64,000 nucleotides of DNA from Oligoflexales bacterium (GCA_947494335.1 CANLUT010000001.1:537649-601648), one strand, 5' to 3'. Positions 54,565-64,000 are shown, counted from the first letter of the stretch. Program-made: numbers and translations. The notes: generated from the sequence alone by a model not told the origin.

Positions 54565-55500
54565 ATGGTCTGTCGCATTTTGGTTGCTGACGACAGCTCT
54601 ACCATTCAAAAAGTGATCAAAATTGGCTTGGCTGCTTTGCAAACGGAGATCAGGTCTGCCGCTTCGCACCTTGAGGCGAGCAAACTTGTTGACCAAGGCT
54701 CTGTTGATCTGATTATTGCGGATGCCGGTTTGCCCGGAGTTTCGACTGCTGCCGATTTTGTGAAGCTGGCTGAGAGGGCCGGCGGCGTCCCTATAATTTT
54801 GTTGATGGGAAGTTACGAAGCTGTCAAAGAGAGCGACCTGCGGGCAGTGGGCATCACGCACATCATTAAAAAGCCTTTTCCTCCAGGGGAGCTACCCAAG
54901 CTAGTCCAAGAGTTAACTGCGGGCGCGGCAACATCGGCGCCATCGGTTTCGTTACCAACGGCAGCTCCTGCCGCAAACTTACCGCGCGCCGGTGTGGCAG
55001 ATATTCCAGCGTTTTTACTGGCAGATGAGGCAGAGGCAATGGCCGAAGCGAAAGCGTCAGCCCCAGCCCCAGGAAAACCTCCGCAGTCCATGGCATCCAT
55101 GCCGGTTTTCTCGATCTCAGAGGAGACCTTTCCGGGTGCAATGCCGCCAGCTCCCGAGGTTGAGCCATCACGAAAAGGTCGGCCTGCTTTTGATGAAAAA
55201 TCAGCGCAGGAAACACCGTTGGCTAAGCCATTTACAGCCCAGTCTAAGCCAGCTGCTGCTGCGCCAACCTTTGCAAATCAGGGCGCATCATCTCGAGAGT
55301 CCACCGGATCCCATCCGGTAACCCACGCCGGTTTATCCGCAGCTGTCGAGTCTTTCGTCCGTGAAGAGCTACCGACCCTTGTGGACCGTGCCGTTGAGCG
55401 CTATTGCGTCGAGCATTTCAAGGGAGTCGCTCGTGAGGTCCTGACGGCTGAGCTACGCCGGCTTGCCGAAGAAAAAGCGCGCTACTTGGTAGATCAGTAA
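54565..55500 (+). CDS. CheY-like response regulator with Ala/Pro-rich linker and unknown C-terminal domain
   Basis: RILVADDSS..., DLIIADAGLPG (phospho-acceptor Asp), IIKKPF. It is followed by about 130 aa of A/P/S-rich sequence and a helical tail of about 60 aa. Confidence 0.75.
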   Translation: MVCRILVADDSSTIQKVIKIGLAALQTEIRSAASHLEASKLVDQGSVDLIIADAGLPGVSTAADFVKLAERAGGVPIILLMGSYEAVKESDLRAVGITHIIKKPFPPGELPKLVQELTAGAATSAPSVSLPTAAPAANLPRAGVADIPAFLLADEAEAMAEAKASAPAPGKPPQSMASMPVFSISEETFPGAMPPAPEVEPSRKGRPAFDEKSAQETPLAKPFTAQSKPAAAAPTFANQGASSRESTGSHPVTHAGLSAAVESFVREELPTLVDRAVERYCVEHFKGVAREVLTAELRRLAEEKARYLVDQ

Positions 55501-55555
55501 TAGATCAAGCCCAAACCTTTAGGTATACTGGGTCCCCTGAAGGGGGCACCACTCT

Positions 55556-56398
55556 TTGCATCAGCTACACGACATTCAATTAGACCCGATTATCACCAGA
55601 GCCTTGGAAGAGGATTGGGGCTATGGCGACTGGACCACAGATTTATGCGTTCCAGCTGATAAGATGTCGCGGGCGCGCATAATTTGTCGCGAAGATATTG
55701 TTGTTGCTGGTCTTGACGTTGCTGCGGCCGTTATGCGCAAGGTCGATCCGCGGCTAACAGTCACAATACACGCAAACAATGGCGATCGACTGGCTTCCGA
55801 CGCGTTACTTCTCGAAGTAGCAGGTCATGCGCGTTCCATTCTAAAAGCTGAGCGGGTCGCGCTAAACTTTCTTGGCCGCATGTGCGGCATAGCGACCGCG
55901 ACGCGCGCATTTGTTGATCAGCTGAGCGGTACAAAATGCCAATTATTGGATACTAGAAAAACAACTCCTGGCATGCGTCTTATCGAAAAGGCGGCGACGG
56001 TCATCGGTGGCGCCCGCAATCATCGCGTGGGACTTTGTGACGGCGTCATTGTGAAGGAAAATCATATTCGTGCTGCAGGTGGCATCAAGCCAGCAGTTTC
56101 CCGATTGCTCGAGGCATTGCCTCCAACGCTCAAAATTGAAGTTGAGACGACGAACCTGGACGAAGTTCAAGAGGCTTTGGATGCAGGGGCTGACATCATC
56201 ATGCTCGATAACATGTCTCTAGCTGAGATGGCCATGGCTGTGCGCACGGTTAGGGGGCGGGCCAAGTTGGAAGCGTCCGGCGGCGTAAAGCTTGAAACAG
56301 TCCGCAAAATCGCCGAGACTGGTGTCGATTTTATTTCTACCGGATCGACGATTCACTCGGCGCGCTGGTCTGATCTGTCGATGCTTTTCGATCGCTGA
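55556..56398 (+). CDS. nadC: nicotinate-nucleotide diphosphorylase (carboxylating)
   Basis: LDTRKTTPGMRLIEK, NHRVGL, IMLDNM. TTG start. Confidence 0.9.
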   Translation: MHQLHDIQLDPIITRALEEDWGYGDWTTDLCVPADKMSRARIICREDIVVAGLDVAAAVMRKVDPRLTVTIHANNGDRLASDALLLEVAGHARSILKAERVALNFLGRMCGIATATRAFVDQLSGTKCQLLDTRKTTPGMRLIEKAATVIGGARNHRVGLCDGVIVKENHIRAAGGIKPAVSRLLEALPPTLKIEVETTNLDEVQEALDAGADIIMLDNMSLAEMAMAVRTVRGRAKLEASGGVKLETVRKIAETGVDFISTGSTIHSARWSDLSMLFDR

Positions 56399-56401
56399 AT
56401 A

Positions 56402-57928
56402 ATGATCCCAATTGAATTTCAATGGCTTGAAGAATGCGAGTCGACCTCGAGGTTGCTCAAAGAGCGCGGATTTGTCGCGTCGCGATCGGCAGAAAGTGTG
56501 GCATCAGCGCGGCAATCAGCTGGGGTGGGGCGCCACGGCCGGCAGTGGATTGGGTTGGAAGGAAATCTTCACTACAGCGTGGCGATTCCTTCGCAATTCG
56601 TTGCAGATGACATAAAAGAAGTTATTCCGCTGGCGGTAGGTGTGTTGGTTGCCGAATTTCTCAGACACCACACAGGTTTAAATATTTGTCTGAAGTGGCC
56701 AAATGACCTGACGCTAGATGGAAAAAAAATTGGCGGAATTCTTTGCGAAGCATCCATCATGGATGGTCAAATGCAAGGGGTGATCATCGGAGTTGGTGTT
56801 AATCTCAGGCATGCGCCACAAGGTCATTCTGCTTTGGATTATCCAGCAGGGACGATCGGACGCCTAAAAGACGGATCAATGCTCGATGCGAAGAGTGTGG
56901 CCCTGGAGTTAACGCATTGGTTTTCGACTCATTGGCCAAAGCTTTCGCGTCATTTCGTGATGGATCGTTGGAACTTTTATGGGCTGGGCGCCGGGCATTC
57001 GTGGTATCGTAAATCAATTGACGGTTTTGAATGGTTTACTTGTTCAGGCTTAGACGAGCAGGGTCAACTGCTTCTTAACGCCCATGGTACAACGCAGTCT
57101 CATAAGGTTAATTCAGCAACTCACGACTTTAGATGGAATGTGGGTATGGGACAAAAAATTTTGATAGCAGATATCGGCAATACCCGGACCAAGTTGGGCG
57201 TCGCCGTTTTGGGTCATGATGGGTCTGTTCACGTCGAAAGCATGGCACCTTCGGATGATGGTATTGAGCTGTTTGTGAAGGCGAAACTGGTAGAGTCTCT
57301 GGCGCCAGTGATCCATTGTCTGAGTGTTAATCCTGCAGGTTTTAAAGCCCTTGAAGAGCGACTTCGCGGTCTGTCAGTCTCGGCGCGCCTGATCGAGAAA
57401 AAGCCGGTGAGACTAACCGATTCAAGATATGACATCTCTGCACTTGGCGCGGATCGCTGGGCGCTTATTGAATGGCTTTATCACGAACACAGTCGAGGTA
57501 AAATCCATTGGCCCGCCATGGTGGTTTCCTGCGGAACAGCAACGACGATTGACTGCATTGATAGCAATGGTTGCCATTTGGGTGGTTTTATCATGATTGG
57601 GGTCTATAGTGCTCTGAATGCCCTGGCAGATCGTGGTGCAATGCTGCCGAAATCCTTCGCATTAGACGCGGTTGGCGAACGACCAAGTTGGCCAACCACC
57701 AGTCAAACGGCCATGATCGAAGCCTCGGCGGCCTCGACGGCGGCCTTTATAGACTCTGAACGTGATCGGCTCGCAAGGCATTGCGATGTAAGTGCAGATA
57801 ACGTCGCGCTGCTAGTCACGGGTGGTTGCGCTGATCTTGTGACTTCGCGATTGAAAAATCCGCCCACCATGGTGGACGAACAGCTCGTGCTGCTTGGAGC
57901 TGCATTGATGGCTGCAAATGGACGGTAG
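56402..57928 (+). CDS. birA/coaX: fusion of biotin-protein ligase (no HTH) and type III pantothenate kinase
   Basis: N-terminal half: GVGRHGRQW, KWPNDL, GGILCE. C-terminal half starts ILIADIGNTRTKLG, the CoaX/Baf signature. Confidence 0.8.
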   Translation: MIPIEFQWLEECESTSRLLKERGFVASRSAESVASARQSAGVGRHGRQWIGLEGNLHYSVAIPSQFVADDIKEVIPLAVGVLVAEFLRHHTGLNICLKWPNDLTLDGKKIGGILCEASIMDGQMQGVIIGVGVNLRHAPQGHSALDYPAGTIGRLKDGSMLDAKSVALELTHWFSTHWPKLSRHFVMDRWNFYGLGAGHSWYRKSIDGFEWFTCSGLDEQGQLLLNAHGTTQSHKVNSATHDFRWNVGMGQKILIADIGNTRTKLGVAVLGHDGSVHVESMAPSDDGIELFVKAKLVESLAPVIHCLSVNPAGFKALEERLRGLSVSARLIEKKPVRLTDSRYDISALGADRWALIEWLYHEHSRGKIHWPAMVVSCGTATTIDCIDSNGCHLGGFIMIGVYSALNALADRGAMLPKSFALDAVGERPSWPTTSQTAMIEASAASTAAFIDSERDRLARHCDVSADNVALLVTGGCADLVTSRLKNPPTMVDEQLVLLGAALMAANGR

Positions 57929-57951
57929 TCAACCTGCAGGGACACGAAAAT

Positions 57952-57990
57952 CCCCCGGAGCCTTTTTAGGGTCCCGGGGGTTTTGATTTA
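57952..57990. terminator. rho-independent terminator between convergent genes
   Basis: cccccgg (57952-57958) / ccggggg (57974-57980), followed by ttttgattt. Confidence 0.65.
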
Positions 57991-58001
57991 TAGAATCTCG
58001 T

Positions 58002-59693
58002 TTAGCGGCAGCTGGAGTCTGCTTCAGCTAATCCGTGACGGGCAAACGCTTTGTTGATGATGCAAAGGTTTGGCGTCCCGTTGGACAAGTCACGATCATT
58101 ATCATCAAGAGTCAAAATAGCGTCGTAGGCATCTGACATCTTGGTGTACTCGTAAATGCCTTTGAAGAGGAACTTGGCATAGAGGTTTTTACCTTTTTCC
58201 ACGCCATGAGCCCTTTTAAGCTCCTTGTACATATCCCACATTGCGCCGCCAAAGATCAGCCCGTCAGCGTGGACCTCGTCAACAACGTCTTCTGGGAACT
58301 TCTTGAAGGTCTCGAGATCGCGCACGGACTTGTGGGTCAGAGGCATGAAGTCGATTCCAACTTTCGCGTCATCTGTGAAAAGTGCTGCCAGCGCGTCACC
58401 GAAGCCTTCGGACAAGGCACCGTCTTCGATGCCACCGGTGTTGTCATCCAGTCCATGGCCCCACTCGTGGTAAACCACATCTGCAATCATGCCAGTGTTG
58501 GCACAAGTTTTTCCTTCATATTCACCGGCGGTGAAGAAGTTGATGGTTGCTCCATCCCAATACGCGTTGCAGTGTTTTGAGTGGTTCACGTTTGCAGTGA
58601 TGGGTTCATTGAACCAAGTTGGTTGAATGAACTTCTTAGCTGCAGAGATAACCTGATTGGTACTGATGTAAACCATGGCTTGCGCCATGTCGTTGTTATC
58701 CCATGCGGTATCTGTAGCTTCGATATCAAACTTCAGGTTCCACTGATTGCCAGACTTTGACGCCGTAGCAGACAACTCTTTGCCGCTCTCGTTTTTAACC
58801 ATGACATACTGACCGCTCAACCCTTCCATTTTAGGAGCTGAGAAATCATCTGAGCTCTGGAATTCGCCACGCTCATTAGCGCGGGAAGACGCATTGGAAA
58901 TGCTGGAGTGTGGAAGTGCAGTCTCCTTCATGCGGTCACCATGGAAGCGTGGATACGCAGTGGCGACTGCACGGCCGCGCAGGTTAAAGTTTTTTGAGCG
59001 AACATCGTAAAGTTCACCGTTCAACTTATTGACCTGAACAATCCAGGGAGCATCAGCACCAGCGACGATGAACTCGTCTACTTTTACGAGGCTATAACCA
59101 GCATTTGTCGGGACAACGCGCCATTTGCTGCCTGTCGCCACATAACCGCTGCTATTCAGGGCTTTCATGGCGATATCAGCGGTGTTGACGACCAAGCTTG
59201 GTGCAATCACAGCTTCTGAGAATGTTTCTGACTTGATGCTTGTCAGGTGGCCGAATTTGAATCTAAGCGTGATGCCTGCATCTTGGATCGGCAGACCTTC
59301 GCGGTAAACGTGGAGGCTCACCGATTGGTCTTCTTGGTCAACATGAGTTGCCTTGCGATTAACTCGGACGTCGTTCATGGAGACGCCGAATACGTCTGCT
59401 CTTGATTCAACGGCCTGAAGAGCAGCTTCTTCAAATGCCTTTTTAGTGAACTCAGTGACTTGAACGTCAAGGAGAGTGCGGCCTCTCATATAACGAACGG
59501 AGTTTGATCGACGATCAAGGGAGGTGTTGGCGTCGTCAACGCTAAATGCGGAAACGTCAGACTGGTAAGTCGAAGGTCTAATGACGGTCGATTTGACCTT
59601 CACACCTTCTGGGCCTTTTGATGGCGCAATAAACGCGGATGCGTCCGTTGCAACCAATCCAACTAATAAACCAGCGAATAACTCGCTCCGCAT
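58002..59693 (-). CDS. secreted thermolysin-like (M4/M36-type gluzincin) zinc metalloprotease
   Basis: VVYHEWGHGLDD (HExxH), GALSEGFGD about 20 aa later (third ligand Glu), EVHADGLIFGG. Signal peptide MRSELFAGLLVGLVATDASA. ATG 59693 follows GGAGG. Confidence 0.75.
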   Translation of the reverse strand: MRSELFAGLLVGLVATDASAFIAPSKGPEGVKVKSTVIRPSTYQSDVSAFSVDDANTSLDRRSNSVRYMRGRTLLDVQVTEFTKKAFEEAALQAVESRADVFGVSMNDVRVNRKATHVDQEDQSVSLHVYREGLPIQDAGITLRFKFGHLTSIKSETFSEAVIAPSLVVNTADIAMKALNSSGYVATGSKWRVVPTNAGYSLVKVDEFIVAGADAPWIVQVNKLNGELYDVRSKNFNLRGRAVATAYPRFHGDRMKETALPHSSISNASSRANERGEFQSSDDFSAPKMEGLSGQYVMVKNESGKELSATASKSGNQWNLKFDIEATDTAWDNNDMAQAMVYISTNQVISAAKKFIQPTWFNEPITANVNHSKHCNAYWDGATINFFTAGEYEGKTCANTGMIADVVYHEWGHGLDDNTGGIEDGALSEGFGDALAALFTDDAKVGIDFMPLTHKSVRDLETFKKFPEDVVDEVHADGLIFGGAMWDMYKELKRAHGVEKGKNLYAKFLFKGIYEYTKMSDAYDAILTLDDNDRDLSNGTPNLCIINKAFARHGLAEADSSCR

Positions 59694-60026
59694 AAACCAC
59701 CTCCATCTTGGGTGCTTGACTAATAATGTGTCTTCCTTTGACACAAGCATGATGTACTGACCGGCTGGCCAGTAGAAATATCAAATCGAGAACTTTTGTA
59801 AACCCAATAGTGACGCGGGTTTGAAGTTTTTTAGGCCAATTGGCTGATTGGTCAGTTAACTTGCCGATATTAAAAGAATATTAATTTTAATGGGTTAGCT
59901 AGACAGCTGCAGTGGGTGCTCAAATAACTGAGCCTGATGGTGAGCTGCGTGTGCCGATTTGTGGTGTTTGATGCTAAAATTATTAAAGAAAACAGTAAAT
60001 TTATTGACGTAGAGGTCTTGCGCCGC

Positions 60027-62108
60027 ATGCCGATGGCATTGTCCAAATTTCCGTATCGGGCATTTTGTTTGCTGTTGCCTGTGATCGTTTTGCCGGTTTA
60101 CTCGTGTCGCCCGTCAGCTCCGGGGCGCTCAAAGCTATGGAGTGTGCGAACGGCTGACGATTTTGAGCGATTGGTTCAACATGGACGGATCGTCGGCGGT
60201 TTAACGGTCGCAGATGAGCAAATGCGACTGAGTGGCACCAATGGCGTTTTGGGTGGACTCAGAGTTTCCTCCATTGAGATGGATGAGGCGAATGAGGCCA
60301 TTGTGCGGGTTATTTTTGACTCAAGAGGCACGCCTGCAGTGCGTGCGGAGTCTCTGCGCTCTTTCACGATGGAATTAATTGGTAGGATTCAGGCTGATCT
60401 GCGTATTGATTCCTCGGAGCTCAAGCCAATTAGCTTTGTAGCGGGTCGCGGAAGCCAAACCGTTGTGGCATTCACGCGAGAAATCAGCGGCATTCCTGTT
60501 CGCGATTCGTTATTGGCATTCGTCTTCGGTCAGATGAAAGATGGATATCATTTGATGGAGATTGAAAATCGGACATGGGGTCACATTGAGCCTGACTCGA
60601 GACAATCCGGTGCGAAGTTGACAGATCAGAAAATTGCGCAGGTTACCAGACGCAAAAATACTCGCATTATCGCCAGCCGCGACGGCTACCGTATCGAAAA
60701 CAAAGCAAGTGACCCGCGACTTCTACCGACGACCTGGTATGACGTGCTAACCGAGGATGGACAAAAGTTCACGTTGACGTTTTCAGGAGGTGAAGAGCCT
60801 CAGCTGATTGAAGCCTATCCTCATCGATACAGCTCTTTGCTCGAGGCAACAGCGTTTTCCAGAAATTGGAATGGGCCAAAGGATACGTATCCTCTTCCCG
60901 ATGTAACGATTGAAAGTTCGTCAGGTCGTTTGAGTACCAATAACCTCGGCCGTTTGCCACCAAACTTTCAAGGTGGTCGGGTGAATCTTCGTTCATTTTG
61001 GGCAAAGCTTATCAGCGAGTCAGGTTCAACAACAAACTTTGAAATAGCCAACGAAAATGGTCGTACGCTCTTGAAGCAAGGAAACCAGGGGGTCACTAGC
61101 GGAGTGAACGCGTATGTGGCCATTAGTCGGGTAAGAGCGTTTGTGTCAAAATTTTTGACCGCGCAGGAACTTCCTTACCTGAAGAAAAGTGTAAAAGTCA
61201 CGACCGATATTGCAGACAAGTGTAATGCTTATTATCAAGGGTTAACGCTCAGTTTCTTTGCTAAAGGCGGGAAATGCGCGAATATGGCCCTAGTCAATGA
61301 TGTTGTTTATCACGAATGGGGGCACGGTCTGGACGATTACTCCGGCCCTGGGTCTGAGAGCTACGGCGGGGGAATGACCGACGGTGCATTTAGTGAAGGG
61401 ATCGGAGACATCGTTGCCATGATGATGACTCAGGACTCAAATATGGGTGTTGGTTTTTACACGGATGATGCGACAAAGCCGATTCGTAACTTGGAAAATA
61501 AGAAGGTTTACATACCGGGCCAGTCTTCTGAAATTCATAGTCAGGGGACCATTATTGGCGGCGCCTTTTGGGAGCTGCGCAAAAGGATGATCAATAAATA
61601 TGGTGATGCGGGACATGAAAAAGCAGCGAACCTTTTTTTCCGTCACTTGAAAGAGGCTGATAGCTACCTTGCATCGTATAAAATTGTGCAACGCCTGGCA
61701 GATGATGACAATAATACGGTTACGCGTCATCCGGACTGGTGTCTTATTAATCATGCGTTTGCAGTCAAAGGGCTGACCAAAGAGGATCCTTGTGACGACG
61801 ACTTTGCTACCGGCGCTTCTGGAAATGAAACCAAGATTTTTGGATCACTGGGAGAGTCGGCAAGTGCTGATGCAACGCCCCTGACAATTAGTGCCACGTT
61901 TGATCAAGCTCAGTCCGTGAAGCTTTGTGAGGGTCGCGATCCTTGTGCAAACCCGATGATTTTGCAGCCGCAGGGGCAGGCCGGAGTCGTTAAATTGTTT
62001 GGGCCGACCAATATTAAGGCAGTAGATGGAGCCTACTTCAACGCAGATGTTATCGGTGCTACCGGAAACTCTGTCGGTCGTAGAATTATGAAGGTCACAA
62101 AAAAATAA
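60027..62108 (+). CDS. paralogous thermolysin-like zinc metalloprotease, probable lipoprotein
   Basis: VVYHEWGHGLDD, GAFSEGIGD, EIHSQGTIIGG. N-terminus MPMALSKFPYRAFCLLLPVIVLPVYSC. Extra C-terminal domain of about 100 aa. Confidence 0.75.
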   Translation: MPMALSKFPYRAFCLLLPVIVLPVYSCRPSAPGRSKLWSVRTADDFERLVQHGRIVGGLTVADEQMRLSGTNGVLGGLRVSSIEMDEANEAIVRVIFDSRGTPAVRAESLRSFTMELIGRIQADLRIDSSELKPISFVAGRGSQTVVAFTREISGIPVRDSLLAFVFGQMKDGYHLMEIENRTWGHIEPDSRQSGAKLTDQKIAQVTRRKNTRIIASRDGYRIENKASDPRLLPTTWYDVLTEDGQKFTLTFSGGEEPQLIEAYPHRYSSLLEATAFSRNWNGPKDTYPLPDVTIESSSGRLSTNNLGRLPPNFQGGRVNLRSFWAKLISESGSTTNFEIANENGRTLLKQGNQGVTSGVNAYVAISRVRAFVSKFLTAQELPYLKKSVKVTTDIADKCNAYYQGLTLSFFAKGGKCANMALVNDVVYHEWGHGLDDYSGPGSESYGGGMTDGAFSEGIGDIVAMMMTQDSNMGVGFYTDDATKPIRNLENKKVYIPGQSSEIHSQGTIIGGAFWELRKRMINKYGDAGHEKAANLFFRHLKEADSYLASYKIVQRLADDDNNTVTRHPDWCLINHAFAVKGLTKEDPCDDDFATGASGNETKIFGSLGESASADATPLTISATFDQAQSVKLCEGRDPCANPMILQPQGQAGVVKLFGPTNIKAVDGAYFNADVIGATGNSVGRRIMKVTKK

Positions 62109-62144
62109 ACCACGCGGCGCTCTTGTGGGTTAGGATATTGAGGA

Positions 62145-62420
62145 ATGGCAAAAAACATCGACATTGAGGCATTACGCAACGCCCTGCGCGAAATAGACGA
62201 TGAGTTGATGAATATTGTCTGCCGGCGTGTAGAGGTGGTTCGTAAAATCGGCTCTATGAAAGCAGTCCACGGTTTATCCATCCAGGATCATCAGCAAGAG
62301 GCTTTAAACAAGACGACGAATCGTCAACTAGTTGGAGACCGCGCCCCCTCGGAGTTTATCGACGAGTTGACTGATTTATTGGCAAGATGGTCTCGTCAGA
62401 TTCAAGCAAAACAACCTTGA
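62145..62420 (+). CDS. monofunctional chorismate mutase (AroQ class)
   Basis: IEALRNALREIDDELMNIVCRRVEVVRKIGSMK... is a typical AroQ helix-1 pattern. 91 aa. Confidence 0.75.
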   Translation: MAKNIDIEALRNALREIDDELMNIVCRRVEVVRKIGSMKAVHGLSIQDHQQEALNKTTNRQLVGDRAPSEFIDELTDLLARWSRQIQAKQP

Positions 62421-62556
62421 TCAATTCGGTCAGGTTTGAACATTTGCCGAGTCTAGCCACGTTTTCTGGCCTGCGAGCAAGCAATTGACCGATGATACCT
62501 CGAAGGGTAGATTTCTCGTATAGTGCTCCGAGTCTGAATCTATAACGGAGGCGATC

Positions 62557-63855
62557 ATGACCGATCTTCTTTACCTTTCCGGATTTAATAATGAACACAT
62601 CACAGAGGCTGTGACAGGGGCAGTGCCGAAGGGTCGTAACTCGCCCCAGAAACCGCCATTGGGTCTCTACCCGGAGCAACTAAGCGGGAGCGCCTTTACC
62701 ATGCCTCGCAAGCAGAACTACCGTTCGTGGCTCTATCGAATTCGTCCGAGTGTCATGCATGGCGAGTTTAAGCAGTTGGCTCATGCAACATGGCTTTCGG
62801 CGCCCGGTTCAGAGGGCCCAGCAACCCCGATGCAACTGCGGTGGAGTCCACTTCCGGCATTACAAACTAGTAAAGACTTTATCGACGGCATTGAAACATT
62901 TGCCATGAACGGAAGTGTACAGACAAAGTCAGGAAGTGCAGTGCATTTATATCGCTGCAACAAAGATATGGTCGATCGCTTTTTTTACAACTCGGATGGT
63001 GATTTGCTGATAGTTCCTCAGCAAGGACGCATGCTGTTTAGAACTGAACTGGGCCATCTTGATGTCGGGCCTAGTGAGATTTGCGTTATTCCTCGTGGCG
63101 TAAAGTTTCAGGTTCATCTACCAGAGAAGGCAGCAGTCGGCTATATCTGTGAGATTTATGGCGCTAAACTAGAATTGCCTGATCTTGGACCAATCGGAGC
63201 GAACGGATTAGCTTCGCCGCGTGATTTTGAGTATCCCGTTGCGGCCTACGAGGAGAAGACCGGGTCATTTAAACTCGTTACGAAATTTTCAGGTCATCTT
63301 TGGGAGTCTGTTATCGGACATTCGCCGCTGGATGTGGTTGGCTGGCATGGTAACTATGCGCCCTACAAGTACGATTTAAAACGTTTTAACACGATCAATA
63401 CGGTTAGTTTTGACCATCCTGACCCCTCTATTTTCACCGTTCTTTCGTCGCCGTCTGGGGTTCATGGCCAAGCGAATGTTGATTTTGTAATTTTTCCGCC
63501 GCGTTGGATGGTCGCCGAAGATACGTTCCGTCCGCCTTGGTATCACCGAAATATTATGAGTGAGTTTATGGGCCTGATTCACGGCGTTTACGACGCTAAA
63601 CCTGCAGGTGGATTTGAGCCGGGTGGGGGATCGCTCCATAACTGTATGCAGGCTCACGGTCCTGATGCTGGTGCGCTTGAAGCCGCTTCAGAGGCGAAAC
63701 TGAAACCAGAGTATCTTGGTAACACATTGGCCTTCATGTTTGAGTCATGCTGGATTTATCATCCAACGAAGCAGGCTTTACAAAGCCCTTCACTGCAGAA
63801 AGATTATTTATCCTGCTGGAAAGATATCAGGCCAAGGTTTAAGGGAGGCCGTTAG
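62557..63855 (+). CDS. hmgA: homogentisate 1,2-dioxygenase
   Basis: [13 protein letters not shown]...[15 protein letters not shown]...[10 protein letters not shown] is co-linear with HGD family N-termini. 432 aa. Confidence 0.9.
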   Translation: MTDLLYLSGFNNEHITEAVTGAVPKGRNSPQKPPLGLYPEQLSGSAFTMPRKQNYRSWLYRIRPSVMHGEFKQLAHATWLSAPGSEGPATPMQLRWSPLPALQTSKDFIDGIETFAMNGSVQTKSGSAVHLYRCNKDMVDRFFYNSDGDLLIVPQQGRMLFRTELGHLDVGPSEICVIPRGVKFQVHLPEKAAVGYICEIYGAKLELPDLGPIGANGLASPRDFEYPVAAYEEKTGSFKLVTKFSGHLWESVIGHSPLDVVGWHGNYAPYKYDLKRFNTINTVSFDHPDPSIFTVLSSPSGVHGQANVDFVIFPPRWMVAEDTFRPPWYHRNIMSEFMGLIHGVYDAKPAGGFEPGGGSLHNCMQAHGPDAGALEAASEAKLKPEYLGNTLAFMFESCWIYHPTKQALQSPSLQKDYLSCWKDIRPRFKGGR

Positions 63856-64000
63856 GTCTCCCCTTAAATATTTTAATCATTTAAAAAATTTATTTCGTTT
63901 TGTAATTGACGCAGGCGTATCTGGATTTTTCCTTTGTCCAGAAGATCCAACTTGTGTACTTCTGAGAGCTTGGCACGTCTTGGTCTTGAACCTGTGAACT

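Noticed and set aside
54813-55321. Overlapping 95-116 aa ORFs in other frames within the response-regulator gene.
   Set aside because: They lie in the GC-rich Ala/Pro codon region, which keeps all frames open. They have no independent support.
59863-59870. GCCGATAT (sigma28 -10-like) upstream of the lipoprotein protease gene.
   Set aside because: No TAAA-type -35 element lies at the required 11-12 nt spacing, so it is likely chance.
1-64000. Looked for tRNA/rRNA genes, CRISPR arrays, IS elements, integrases, reverse transcriptases and phage genes.
   Set aside because: I found no tRNA T-arm-like GGTTCGAATCC strings, no regularly spaced repeats and no ORF with transposase, recombinase or RT motifs. 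This was a by-eye scan only, so small ncRNAs could be missed.
63890-64000. Minus-strand frame open from the right window edge to a TAA at 63890-63892 (..VQDQDVPSSQKYTSWIFWTKEKSRYACVNYKTK*). It could be the 3' end of a gene lying beyond the window.
   Set aside because: Only 36 codons are visible and they contain no motif, so the window alone cannot support it.

Overview
Dense 64-kb chromosomal window, about 50% GC by eye, with about 58 protein-coding genes. I see no tRNA, rRNA, CRISPR array, transposase or integrase. Many adjacent genes overlap by 4 nt (ATGA/GTGA), so operons are tightly coupled. Housekeeping genes are mutL, miaA, ubiE/menG, engB, pepQ, ung, nth, maf, pepA, hemH, nadC, a birA-coaX fusion, bfd/bfr and hmgA. 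Between them lie many signal-peptide or lipoprotein genes of no recognisable family, several secreted proteases (an M20, an S1-LRR fusion, two HEWGH gluzincins) and three small PilZ proteins. A 60-aa histone-fold protein resembles Bdellovibrio HBb/Bd0055. Together these features suggest a Bdellovibrio-like predator, which is inference only. Main points for follow-up: (1) the bacterial histone gene at 1166-1348. (2) A photolyase-family gene inserted into a convergent GST/MFS junction and flanked by a ~215-235 bp direct duplication of that junction, with no mobile-element genes. (3) Next to it, a DUF1295 + MFS / FAD-oxidoreductase + DUF1365 + two CFA-synthase-like methylases cluster, which matches what I recall of the singlet-oxygen / furan-fatty-acid pathway genes. 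(4) A trypsin-LRR fusion protease between bfd and bfr, behind a good Fur box. (5) A five-gene, translationally coupled ABC operon containing an asymmetric heterodimeric exporter and two orphan envelope proteins. (6) A near-consensus sigma28 promoter driving a small ORF and an atypical response regulator. (7) A divergent pair of paralogous HEWGH metalloproteases. I found no single clearly novel system. All family assignments come from motif reading of the translations, not from searches.
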